64,000 nt of DNA from the NCBI GenBank assembly GCA_024653205.1, contig JANLFO010000002.1:85590-149589 (forward strand), written 5' to 3'. A program made the position numbers and the translations under genes. This DNA is from Clostridia bacterium. Its GTDB lineage: Bacteria; Bacillota; DSM-521; Neomoorellales; SLTJ01. Below are positions 46,401 to 53,794 of the stretch, in pieces. Below the pieces are notes generated by a model. The model was not told where the DNA came from and ran no database searches. It was given only the letters and a program-made list of their open reading frames with translations. Every line of letters starts with the position of its first letter. Position 1 is the first letter of the stretch.

Positions 46401-47924
46401 ATCGAGCGGGAAAGGCTGAACCGGGTGGTGGTGGCCTCCTGCACCATCCGCACCCACCAGCCCCTCTTCCGCGAGGCGCTGCGGGAGGTCGGGCTGAACC
46501 AGTTCCTGTTCGAGATGGCCAACATCCGCGACCAGTGCTCCTGGGTGCACCGACTGGAGCCGGAAGAGGCCACCGCCAAGGCAAAGGACCTGGTGGCCAT
46601 GGCCGTGGCCAAGGTAAAGACACACCGCCCGCTGCACCTAAGCCCGGTACCGGTGGTTCAGAAGGCGCTGGTGGTGGGCGGAGGCGCGGCCGGGCTGACC
46701 GCCGCCCTGAGCCTCGCCGAGCAGGGCTACGAGACTTTCGTGGTGGAGAAGGAGGCAGAGCTGGGCGGCCGGCTGCGCTTCCTGCGCTACAGCCTGGAGG
46801 GTGACGATCTCCAGATCTTCCTGCTCGGTCTGCTGCAAAAGGTGCGCGAGCATCCGCTGATCAAGATCTATACCCGCGCCCGGGTGGAGGACTTCGGCGG
46901 CCACCAGGGGCACTTCGTCACCACCATCTCGGTGGGCGAGGCGGGCCGGGAACACGTGCGCCGCACGGTTAGGCTCGAGCACGGGGTAGTAATCGTGGCC
47001 ACGGGCACCGAGGAGAACCGTCCGCGGGAGTATCTGCTCGGTCAGGACCCGCGCGTGCTCACCAACACCGAGTTCGAGCAACTGATGGCCGCTTCCCCTA
47101 CCGTGGCCCAGGCCTACGGCCAGGTGGTCTTCATCCAGTGCGTGGGCTCGCGCAACGCCGAGCGCCCTTACTGCAGCCGGGTTTGCTGCAGCCACAGCCT
47201 GAAGAACGCCCTGCGCCTCAAGGCCAGCAGCCCCGGCACCGACGTGTTCGTGCTCTTCCGCGACCTCCGCGCCTACGGCTTCCTCGAGCACTACTACCGT
47301 CAGGCCCGGGCCAGGGGAGTGATCTTCGTTCCCTACCCGGACGACCGGCCGCCCGAGGTGGAGCGCCGGGACGACGCCCTGCGGGTGCGGGTCTTCGACC
47401 GCAGCCTCGGAGAGGAGATCAGGCTGCAGCCCGACGCCCTGGTTCTGGCCACCGGGGCGGTGGCGCCGGCAGGGGTGGAGAAGCTGGCCAACCAGCTCAA
47501 GCTGACCCGCAACGAGGACGGGTTCTTCGTGGAAATGCACGCCAAGCTGGGGCCCATGGACTGTCCCTCGCCCGGCATTTTCCTCTGCGGCAGCGCCCAC
47601 GCACCCAAGAACCTGGGAGAAGCGATCGCCCAGGCCCAGGGCGCGGCCGCCCGGGCGGCTACCGTCCTATCCCAACCGGAACTCCTGGTGGGCGGCGTAG
47701 TGGCCGTGGTCGAGCCGGAAAAGTGCGCCGCCTGTTTGACCTGCGTGCGCGTCTGCCCTTACGGCGTTCCGCGGATCAGCGCCCAAAACGTGGCCGAGAT
47801 CAACCCCGTGCAGTGCCAGGGCTGCGGGACCTGCGCCGGCGAATGCCCGGCCAAGGCCATTCAGCTCGAACACTATCGCGACGAGCAGCTCATGGCCAAG
47901 GTCACCGGGCTCTTCTCGGCCTAG
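43485..47924 (+). CDS. hdrA: Giant HdrA-type flavoprotein: HdrA-like FAD module with an embedded GltD/NfnB-like NAD(P)H module, fused to a complete second HdrA
   Basis: 1479 aa. It has three dinucleotide folds (VVGGGIAGM, VIGAGPAGL plus VIGGGNVAVD, VVGGGAAGL), two CVGSR...CSxVCC motifs, the GltD N-domain CPAGTNVQGY...CGRICHHPCEEECNR and several CxxCxxCxxxCP motifs. Confidence 0.88.
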   Translation: MVKEVSASERVGAVMVVGGGIAGMQAALDLASSGFYVHLVTDSPSLGGRMTQLDKTFPTNDCAMCLLGPRMTDTLNHPNIAIHTCSNVEGVTGRPGQFRVKVRKRPRYINLRECTACGDCEQVCPVEVPDLFNEEMNTRKAVYKLFPQAVPNKYLIEKRGTPPCRSTCPAGTNVQGYVALISQGKFTEALEVVRRRMPFAAVCGRICHHPCEEECNRAEFDAPVAIQWLKRAAADFGEDRPPAPPAERRPEKVAVIGAGPAGLVAAFDLAQEGFRVTVFDALNVAGGLLRAGIPRYRLPEAAVERDLAWLLAGGAELKLGVRVGQDVSFEDLRREYQAVLIAVGAGASRGLDVPGTDLEGVWPGLSFLREAALGDRPQVGSKVLVIGGGNVAVDAARTALRLGAETVEIVYRRTKEQMPAHAWEIAEAEEEGVVVHTCWVPRRILGENGRVTGMEFIRVEPAVDAEGRFAPREIPGSERVFPADTVILAVGQATDLSFLGPESGVEVRRDGTIKVDPVTMATTAAGVFACGDVVLGPSSVVEAVGSAHEAALSVSRYLRGEDMAAGRQKETGDKLGPPPKVKVEPRPRLEPRLLSPAERRTGFGEVSPGYTREEAIEEARRCLNCGICSECLQCAAACQKKAIEHDQREEMVEIEVGAVIAAPGYSLYEGRAAGEYGYGVYPNVMTSMEFERLLSSTGPTQGEIVRPGDGAHVRRLAFIQCVGSRDEARAAEYCSAVCCMYATKEALIAREHDPNIEPTIFYLDMRSYGKNFDRYVDTAKVAGVRYLRSMISAVKEDPVTRNLIIRYVADGEIREEEFDLVVLSVGLRPPAAARELARALGIELNRYGFALTDPLRPVFTTREGIFAAGAFQGPRDIPETVMNASAAAAAAAEFLAPARGQRVRAKEYPPERDVSSEEPRVGVFVCHCGLNIASVVDVEAVTQFARELPGVVYAEHNLYTCSQDSLKRIQEIIERERLNRVVVASCTIRTHQPLFREALREVGLNQFLFEMANIRDQCSWVHRLEPEEATAKAKDLVAMAVAKVKTHRPLHLSPVPVVQKALVVGGGAAGLTAALSLAEQGYETFVVEKEAELGGRLRFLRYSLEGDDLQIFLLGLLQKVREHPLIKIYTRARVEDFGGHQGHFVTTISVGEAGREHVRRTVRLEHGVVIVATGTEENRPREYLLGQDPRVLTNTEFEQLMAASPTVAQAYGQVVFIQCVGSRNAERPYCSRVCCSHSLKNALRLKASSPGTDVFVLFRDLRAYGFLEHYYRQARARGVIFVPYPDDRPPEVERRDDALRVRVFDRSLGEEIRLQPDALVLATGAVAPAGVEKLANQLKLTRNEDGFFVEMHAKLGPMDCPSPGIFLCGSAHAPKNLGEAIAQAQGAAARAATVLSQPELLVGGVVAVVEPEKCAACLTCVRVCPYGVPRISAQNVAEINPVQCQGCGTCAGECPAKAIQLEHYRDEQLMAKVTGLFSA

Positions 47925-47940
47925 AGGGGGTGGGCAAGGC

Positions 47941-48381
47941 ATGAGCGAGTTCGAGCCCAAGATCGTGGCCTTCTGCTGCTACTACTGCGCCTATGCGGCC
48001 GCCGACCTGGCCGGTTCCATGCGGCTGCCCTATCCGCCCAACATACGCCTGGTGGAGATGCCCTGCTCCGGCAAGATCGACGCCCGGGTGATCCTGGAGG
48101 CCTTCGAGCAGGGTGCGGACGGCGTCTACGTGGCCGGCTGCCTTGAGGGCGACTGCCACTTCCTCAGAGGCAACTACCGGGCCAAGAAGCGGGTCGCGGC
48201 GGTGAAGAAGCTCCTGGCGGAGATCGGCCTGGAGCCCGAGCGCCTGGAGATGTTCAACCTGTCCGGCTCCATGGGGCCGCGCTTTGCCGAGATCGCCAGG
48301 GAGATGACGGAGCGCATCCGCGCCCTCGGGCCCAGCCCGCTGAACCGGGCGGCCGGGAAGAGCGGCGCGGCTCGGTCATGA
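47941..48381 (+). CDS. mvhD: MvhD-like (methyl-viologen-reducing hydrogenase delta subunit family) [2Fe-2S] protein
   Basis: 146 aa with FEPKIVAFCCYYCAYAAADLAG ... MPCSGKID ... VAGCLEGDCHF motifs. Confidence 0.9.
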   Translation: MSEFEPKIVAFCCYYCAYAAADLAGSMRLPYPPNIRLVEMPCSGKIDARVILEAFEQGADGVYVAGCLEGDCHFLRGNYRAKKRVAAVKKLLAEIGLEPERLEMFNLSGSMGPRFAEIAREMTERIRALGPSPLNRAAGKSGAARS

Positions 48382-49085
48382 AAGGCCTAGAGGAGAAAGC
48401 GGGGGACGAGGAAATGATCGTTGCCGAGGGAAAGCCCCTGGAAGAGGTCTACCAAATGATAGCCGGGGCCAGGAAGGTACTGGTGGTGGGCTGTGGCGGC
48501 TGCGTGACCGTGTGTCTGGCCGGCGGGGAGAAGGAGACCGGTATCCTGGCCGCCGCCCTGCGGATGAAGCGCCAGCTGGCCGGTGAGCCCCTGGAAACCG
48601 TAGAGGTCACGCTGACCAGGCAGTGCGACCCGGAATACGTGGATCAGCTCGAGCGCTTCGTTACCGACGATGTGGACTGCATCCTTTCCCTGGGCTGCGG
48701 CGTCGGCGTGCAGTTCCTGGCCGAACGTTACCCCAAGCCCGTTTTCCCGGCTCTAAACACCAAGTTCGCCGGCGGCACGGTAGCGCACGGCCAATGGGAG
48801 GAGCGCTGCGGGCTCTGCGGGGACTGCGTGCTGCACCGCACCGGCGGCATCTGCCCGGTCATCCGCTGCGCCAAGAGCCTGATGAACGGCCCCTGCGGCG
48901 GATCCCAAGACGGAAAGTGCGAAGTGAACAAGGAAACGCCTTGCGCCTGGCAGCTCATCTACGACCGGCTGAAGCTGCTGGGCCGGCTGGATCAGCTTCT
49001 GCAGGTAGAACCGGTTAAGGACTGGTCCAAGGCCAAGGACGGCGGGCCGCGGAAGGTGCTGAAGGAAGAGGTGATGCTGCCGTGA
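48378..49085 (+). CDS. metV: MetV (methylene-THF reductase small, Cys-rich subunit)
   Basis: 235 aa. The Cys cluster is CGLCGDCVLHRTGGICPVIRCAKSLMNGPCGG. The ATGA overlap with mvhD and GTGA overlap with metF indicate coupling. Confidence 0.8.
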   Translation: MKGLEEKAGDEEMIVAEGKPLEEVYQMIAGARKVLVVGCGGCVTVCLAGGEKETGILAAALRMKRQLAGEPLETVEVTLTRQCDPEYVDQLERFVTDDVDCILSLGCGVGVQFLAERYPKPVFPALNTKFAGGTVAHGQWEERCGLCGDCVLHRTGGICPVIRCAKSLMNGPCGGSQDGKCEVNKETPCAWQLIYDRLKLLGRLDQLLQVEPVKDWSKAKDGGPRKVLKEEVMLP

Positions 49086-49999
49086 GCGTGCCCACCACGG
49101 AGAGCAAGCTGGAAAAACTCCTCAGCGAGGGCAGGTTCGTGGTGACGGCGGAGATCGGGCCGCCGAAACACGCCTCCGCCGAGGGTATCCGGCACCACGC
49201 CGAGCTTCTCAAGGACTACGTGGACGCGGTAAACATCACCGACAACCAGACGGCGGTAGTCCGGCTTTCCAGCATCGCCGCGGCGGTACACTGCCTGCAA
49301 AAAGGCGTGGAGCCCATAGTGCAGATGACGGTCCGGGACCGAAACCGCATCGCCCTGCAAAGCGATCTCCTCGGTGCCTACAGCCTGGGGGTCCGCAACG
49401 TGCTCTGCCTGTCCGGCGACCACCAGTCTTTCGGCAACCACCCCACCGCCCGGAACGTCTTCGACATCGACTCCGTGCAGCTTATTGCCACGGTGAAGAT
49501 GATGCGGGACGAGAAGAAGTTCCTGTGCGGTGAGGAGATCAAGGAGCACGAGCCGCGTTTCTTCATCGGCGCGGTGGCCAACCCCTTCGCCGATCCCTTC
49601 GAATTCCGCGTCCTGCGCCTGGAAAAGAAGATTAACGCCGGCGCCCAGTTCATTCAGACCCAGTGCATCTTCGACCTCGACCGTTTCGATCGCTGGATGG
49701 CCATGGTGCGGGAGCGCGGGCTGCACCAGCGGGCGGCCATCCTGGCCGGAGTCACCCCCCTGAAGTCGGCCGGAGCGGCCCGCTACATGCAAACCGTCCC
49801 GGGCATGGTGGTTCCCGATGCCATCGTGGAGCGGATGAAGAAGGCGGCGGACGCGAAGGCCGAAGGCGTGGAAATATGCGTGGAGCAAATACGGCGCCTG
49901 CGCTCCATAGAGGGAGTGGCCGGGGTGCATATCATGGCGGTGATGTGGGAGGAAATCGTCCCCACCATCGTGGAGAAGGCGGGGCTGCGCTCCTGCTGA
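49082..49999 (+). CDS. metF: Methylenetetrahydrofolate reductase catalytic subunit
   Basis: 305-aa MTHFR TIM-barrel family (VTAEIGPP...VNITDN...CLSGD...) in its last-in-operon position. Confidence 0.92.
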   Translation: MSVPTTESKLEKLLSEGRFVVTAEIGPPKHASAEGIRHHAELLKDYVDAVNITDNQTAVVRLSSIAAAVHCLQKGVEPIVQMTVRDRNRIALQSDLLGAYSLGVRNVLCLSGDHQSFGNHPTARNVFDIDSVQLIATVKMMRDEKKFLCGEEIKEHEPRFFIGAVANPFADPFEFRVLRLEKKINAGAQFIQTQCIFDLDRFDRWMAMVRERGLHQRAAILAGVTPLKSAGAARYMQTVPGMVVPDAIVERMKKAADAKAEGVEICVEQIRRLRSIEGVAGVHIMAVMWEEIVPTIVEKAGLRSC

Positions 50000-50061
50000 G
50001 CCCGGGCGCATAAGAACTGCGGGCGGGCATATACATTCTTGCGAAGAGGGCAGGCGCGGAG

Positions 50062-50775
50062 GTGTTACTTGCCTTGACCCGCAGGTTCAGCCGAGAATGG
50101 GAGACCCGACTGCTGTCCCTGGTGGACCGGGCCGTAGAGCTGGTGGTGGAGTCGGGTCGTGCCTCAGGTGAACTTTCGGACCGGCCACGCGAGGAAGCAG
50201 CGGCACTCATGGCCCAGGCGGCCGAAATGGCGGTGGAACTGCTGGAGGGCCGCACCGAACTTCTGGAAAGGCTCCTGGAGCAGCTGGTGGCCCAGCGTCT
50301 GGCCGGCACAGAATGGGTCAGGACCTCGGAATGGTTTCGGCGCGAGCTCCAGTCGGTCATCCGCTCGGGCATAGAGCGCTACCGGACCGGCCTCGAGTCC
50401 AGGGAAGCCGCTTCTCCGGAGGTGCTTGCAGAAGCGCAGGCCGAAGCCGGCGAGCCTGCCCCGCCGGCGGCAGAACCCGGAGAGAGGGAGGAGGGTGCCG
50501 GGGACCCGCTGCGCCGCGCCCTGGCCCTGCTTTTCCCCGGACGCGAGGTCAGAGAAAGGTACGCGTTCCACGGCACGCTGCTGGATTACTTCCTGCCGCA
50601 GGAGCGCCTGGCGCTGGCAGTGGAAGGAAGACCCGGGGTCAGGCCGGTGCGGCAGGAGTACTTCTGCCGGCAGGAGGGTATTACCCTGGTCGTGTTGGAT
50701 CCGGCGACCGCAGAAGACGCCTGGCAGGCGGCCCGGTTCATCCGCCGCGCCCTGGGCAGAACTGCGGTCGGGTAG
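50062..50775 (+). CDS. Hypothetical protein
   Basis: 237-aa ORF 62 nt after metF with plausible coding composition. I recognise no family. The C-terminal LDYFLPQERLALAVEG...LVVLD faintly resembles a restriction-endonuclease-like fold. Confidence 0.45.
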   Translation: MLLALTRRFSREWETRLLSLVDRAVELVVESGRASGELSDRPREEAAALMAQAAEMAVELLEGRTELLERLLEQLVAQRLAGTEWVRTSEWFRRELQSVIRSGIERYRTGLESREAASPEVLAEAQAEAGEPAPPAAEPGEREEGAGDPLRRALALLFPGREVRERYAFHGTLLDYFLPQERLALAVEGRPGVRPVRQEYFCRQEGITLVVLDPATAEDAWQAARFIRRALGRTAVG

Positions 50776-50893
50776 GTGTCACGGCCCGCCGGAGCGTGAA
50801 GCTCGAACCCCGGTTCGGCCGGCCGAGCGACCGGTACGAGGGGAACCTGGACTGCCGGCAGGACAAACCGGGATGCGTCAGGCGAACTGACTG

Positions 50894-50922
50894 TTGACCG
50901 GGGCGCGCCGGGGTGGTAAAAT
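50894..50922 (+). promoter_or_regulatory. Promoter of the T-box leader (TTGACC-17 nt-TAAAAT)
   Basis: Hexamers at 50894-50899 and 50917-50922, immediately upstream of Stem I. Confidence 0.55.
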
Positions 50923-50928
50923 CCTGCC

Positions 50929-51171
50929 TAAGCAGGATCGGCAAAAGGCGAGGAAGGGGAAGAGTAGGCGGGGCTCGGCTCCTCAGCAAGCCGGGGAGGA
51001 TGTGAGCCCGGTAGTCTGACCCTGCCGAAGGCGGCCCCGGAGCCCCGGGTCGAAGCAACAGTAGGCCGAGGCGGTTTGCCCCCGTTATCGGGCCGGAGAG
51101 GGTTGGTAGCAGCCAACTAGGGTGGTACCGCGGGAGATCTCCCGTCCCTAAGATCGGGCGGGAGATTTTTT
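50929..51171 (+). promoter_or_regulatory. T-box riboswitch leader (tRNA-sensing transcription attenuator)
   Basis: K-turn plus specifier domain (AAGAGTA opposite GAAGGCGG), Stem III (GTTGG-TAGCAG-CCAAC), T-box sequence AACTAGGGTGGTACCGCGGG at 51115-51134 with a UGGUACC bulge, then a terminator. Confidence 0.85.
51137..51171 (+). terminator. T-box terminator hairpin
   Basis: ATCTCCCGTCC pairs with GGGCGGGAGAT (11 bp including one G-U), followed by a T-run to 51171. It competes with the antiterminator TAGGG/CCCTA plus CGGGA/TCCCG. Confidence 0.8.
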
Positions 51172-51189
51172 GGTGCAGGGGAGGGTATC

Positions 51190-51672
51190 ATGGAGAAGCG
51201 CATACTGGAAATCCTGGCCGGCGACGCCCGGCTGACGCCCGAGCAGATAGCGGCCATGATCGGCGCCCCGCCGGAGGAGGTGGCGGCGGTCGTCCGCCGT
51301 CTCGAAGAAGAGCGGGTGATAGTCAAGTACCAGACGCTGATCAACTGGGAAAAAGTGGGCGATAGCGGCGTAGCGGCGCTCATCGAGGTGAAGGTCACGC
51401 CCCAGCGCGACCTCGGCTTCGATCAGGTGGCGGCCCGCATCTACCGCTTTCCCGAGGTCAGGTCGGTGTTTCTGGTTTCGGGTTCCTACGACCTCTCGGT
51501 GATGGTGGAGGGCAAGGACCTGAAGGAAGTGGCCCGCTTCGTGGCCGAGAAGCTGGCCACCCTCGAGCACGTTCAAAGTACGGTTACCCACTTTGTCCTC
51601 AAGACCTACAAGCAGGACGGGGTAATCCTGGAGGACCAGGAAACCGACCGCAGGCAGGTGGTCAGCCCGTGA
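51190..51672 (+). CDS. Lrp/AsnC-family transcriptional regulator
   Basis: 160 aa. AsnC-type HTH (ILEILAGDARLTPEQIAAMIG) plus a C-terminal RAM/ACT-like domain. The 4-nt overlap with the next gene indicates coupling. Confidence 0.9.
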   Translation: MEKRILEILAGDARLTPEQIAAMIGAPPEEVAAVVRRLEEERVIVKYQTLINWEKVGDSGVAALIEVKVTPQRDLGFDQVAARIYRFPEVRSVFLVSGSYDLSVMVEGKDLKEVARFVAEKLATLEHVQSTVTHFVLKTYKQDGVILEDQETDRRQVVSP

Positions 51673-52865
51673 ACCCGGAGGATTTTCTGAATCCCGTGGT
51701 CCGGGACCTTCCGCCTTCCGGAATCAGAAGATTTTTTGATCTGGCGGCGAACACCAGGGGGGTCATCTCCCTGGGAGTGGGCGAGCCGGACTTCGTCACC
51801 CCCTGGTTCATCCGGGAGGCCTGCTTTCAGGCCCTGGAGCAGGGGTACACCATGTACAGCTCCAACTGGGGCCTGCCCGAGCTGAGGCAGGAAATAGCCG
51901 CCTACCTGGAGAGGCGATACGGGCTGAATTACGACCCGGGAGAGGAGATGCTGGTCACCGTGGGGGCCAGCGAGGCCGTAGACCTGGCCCTGCGGGCGGT
52001 CCTGCGCCCCGAAGACGAGGTGCTGGTGCCCGAGCCCAACTACGTCTCCTACAAGCCCTGCAGCGTGCTGGCCGGGGGCCGCCCGGTGGCGGTGCCCACC
52101 CGGGCCGTCCGGCAGTTCAAGCTCACCGTGGACGACCTGCAGCCTCACCTCAGCCCCAGCTCCCGGGTACTCATTCTCTCCTACCCCAACAACCCCACCG
52201 GGGCGGTGATGCGGCGGGAGGACCTGATCCCGCTGGCGCGCCTGGCAGAACGGCGGAACCTGCTGGTGATAAGCGACGAGATCTACGCCGAACTCACCTA
52301 CGAGGGCACCCATACCTCCATCGCCTCGCTGCCCGGGATGCGCGAGCGTACCGTGCTGATCGGCGGTTTCTCCAAAGCTTTTGCCATGACCGGCTGGCGG
52401 ATCGGGTTCGCCTGCGGCCCGGCACCCGTGATCCGGGGAATGGTCAAGATCCACCAATACACCATGCTCTGCGCCCCCATCATGAGCCAGAAGGCGGCAG
52501 TCGAGGCCCTGCGGCGCGGCCGGGAGGCGGTAGAGAGAATGGTGCGCGAGTACGACCTCCGGCGGCGGCTGGTGATCCACACGCTCCGGCAGATAGGCCT
52601 GGAGTGCTTTGAACCGCAGGGCGCGTTCTACGCCTTTCCCTCCTTCCGGGGGCTGGTGGACTGGACCGCCGAGGAATTCTGCACCCGGCTGCTGGAGGAA
52701 GAACGGGTGGCGATAGTTCCGGGAACGGCCTTCGGCGAGAGCGGGGAAGGCCACTTCCGGCTTTCCTACGCGGCCTCAACCGCCACCCTCATGGAAGCCT
52801 TACGGCGGCTGGGGAGTTTCTGCGCCCGGCACCGGCAGCGTCTGTGGCAGGCCGGGCTGGGATAG
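51669..52865 (+). CDS. Class I/II PLP-dependent aminotransferase (AlaT/AspC-like)
   Basis: 398 aa with LSYPNNPTG and the PLP-Lys motif FSKAFAMTGWRIG. The regulator plus aminotransferase pairing resembles Bacillus subtilis alaR-alaT (yugG-yugH). Confidence 0.9.
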   Translation: MNPEDFLNPVVRDLPPSGIRRFFDLAANTRGVISLGVGEPDFVTPWFIREACFQALEQGYTMYSSNWGLPELRQEIAAYLERRYGLNYDPGEEMLVTVGASEAVDLALRAVLRPEDEVLVPEPNYVSYKPCSVLAGGRPVAVPTRAVRQFKLTVDDLQPHLSPSSRVLILSYPNNPTGAVMRREDLIPLARLAERRNLLVISDEIYAELTYEGTHTSIASLPGMRERTVLIGGFSKAFAMTGWRIGFACGPAPVIRGMVKIHQYTMLCAPIMSQKAAVEALRRGREAVERMVREYDLRRRLVIHTLRQIGLECFEPQGAFYAFPSFRGLVDWTAEEFCTRLLEEERVAIVPGTAFGESGEGHFRLSYAASTATLMEALRRLGSFCARHRQRLWQAGLG

Positions 52866-53679
52866 GGAAGGACAGGCGCCGTACGGTCAGATTTACCGCC
52901 AGCACGTTGAGGGCGGTCATGTGCTCTACCGCCCGGGCCACCTTCTCCTGAACCTCCCGGGCGATCCGGGGGAGCACCGCGCCGTACGGAAGCTCCACGT
53001 CGGCGCTGATGATCACGCCTTCCGGCCGGGTCAGCACCTCCACCCGCTCCAGGCGGACGCCCAGGGCGGCGGCGCCGGCGGTGGCGATGGTCACCAGAGC
53101 CTCGTTGGCGATGTAGAAGCGGCCCAGGTAGGTGAAGGTGGGCCGCACGATGGACTGGTCCACCCAGAGGGTGTGGGGCGTATCCGTTTCCCCCGGGCGG
53201 CGCCTCAGCAGGGCCCGGAGGGGCTGGATGGCGGTTCCGGAAAACCGGGGCTTGACCTCTACGGTAGGCGCGGGGATGACGTGCCGGCCGAACCGGCGGG
53301 CCCGCCTTGCCCGGGCAATGGCTTCTGGGGAGGCCACCTCAAAGATGTCCACTATCTCCTCGGGGTCCGGCAGCTCCAGGTTCCGCGCTATCCGCCGGGC
53401 CATTTCTTCCGAGGTGGCCAGGACCAGGACCTTTTCCGCACCCAGTTCCCTTATCCTGGTCTTGACCGGCCCGGCCTGCTCCGGATCGGAGAAAAGGGCC
53501 GCCCGGATCGCGCCCACCCGCGTGGGCTGCTTCTTGGCCGAGCTTCCGGCCAGGATGCGGTTGTCGGCGATCAGCAGCCCGTCGTCGATGATGGCCTGGG
53601 CCCCGCATTCGTGCGCCACCAGTTGGGCATGGTGGCTCTTGCCGCTGCCGCTCGGCCCGATCAAGGCCACTACGCGCAT
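52789..53679 (-). CDS. P-loop NTPase / Asp23-family fusion protein
   Basis: ATG 53679 after GGGAGGCGAGGAA gives MRVVALIGPSGSGKSH (Walker A). The C-terminal ~110 aa looks like Asp23/Gls24 (ALVTIATAGA...VIISADVELPYG...VARAVEHMTALNVLAVNLTV). The track start 53886 is an extension. Confidence 0.7.
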   Translation of the reverse strand: MRVVALIGPSGSGKSHHAQLVAHECGAQAIIDDGLLIADNRILAGSSAKKQPTRVGAIRAALFSDPEQAGPVKTRIRELGAEKVLVLATSEEMARRIARNLELPDPEEIVDIFEVASPEAIARARRARRFGRHVIPAPTVEVKPRFSGTAIQPLRALLRRRPGETDTPHTLWVDQSIVRPTFTYLGRFYIANEALVTIATAGAAALGVRLERVEVLTRPEGVIISADVELPYGAVLPRIAREVQEKVARAVEHMTALNVLAVNLTVRRLSFPIPARPATDAAGAGRRNSPAAVRLP

Positions 53680-53794
53680 TTCCTCGCCTCCCGTTCTGGC
53701 GAAATTATATGCCAAGGCCGGTTCTTTTACCAGACCCTCCTGGTTCGTGCTATAATGGTGGGGAGGCAATCGCTGGTCTGGGGGAGGGGACGGG

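Noticed and set aside
43707-46637. 976-aa ORF antisense to hdrA. Similar long antisense or alternative-frame ORFs occur at 2069-3526(-), 7834-9144(-), 9471-10580(-), 11363-12697(-), 35343-36686(-), 36888-38927(-), 48992-50011(-), 51606-52754(-), 54575-55465(-) and 60575-62086(-).
   Set aside because: High GC depletes stop codons in non-coding frames. These translations are R/P/G/H-rich and low-complexity, and they lack SD sequences. Each lies opposite or over a gene with unmistakable family motifs.
43485-48381. Possible selenocysteine (in-frame TGA) recoding in hdrA/mvhD, as occurs in some Hdr/Mvh proteins.
   Set aside because: Both reading frames are continuous with Cys at the relevant motifs. 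No in-frame TGA or SECIS-like hairpin is needed.
51027-51034. Simple call of the T-box as glycine-specific (GGC, by analogy with glyQS GAAGGCA).
   Set aside because: Not adopted as the primary call. The loop is one nt longer, the UGGU bulge predicts an A73 tRNA (tRNA-Gly is normally U73), and the downstream genes look like alaR-alaT. It is kept as the alternative hypothesis.
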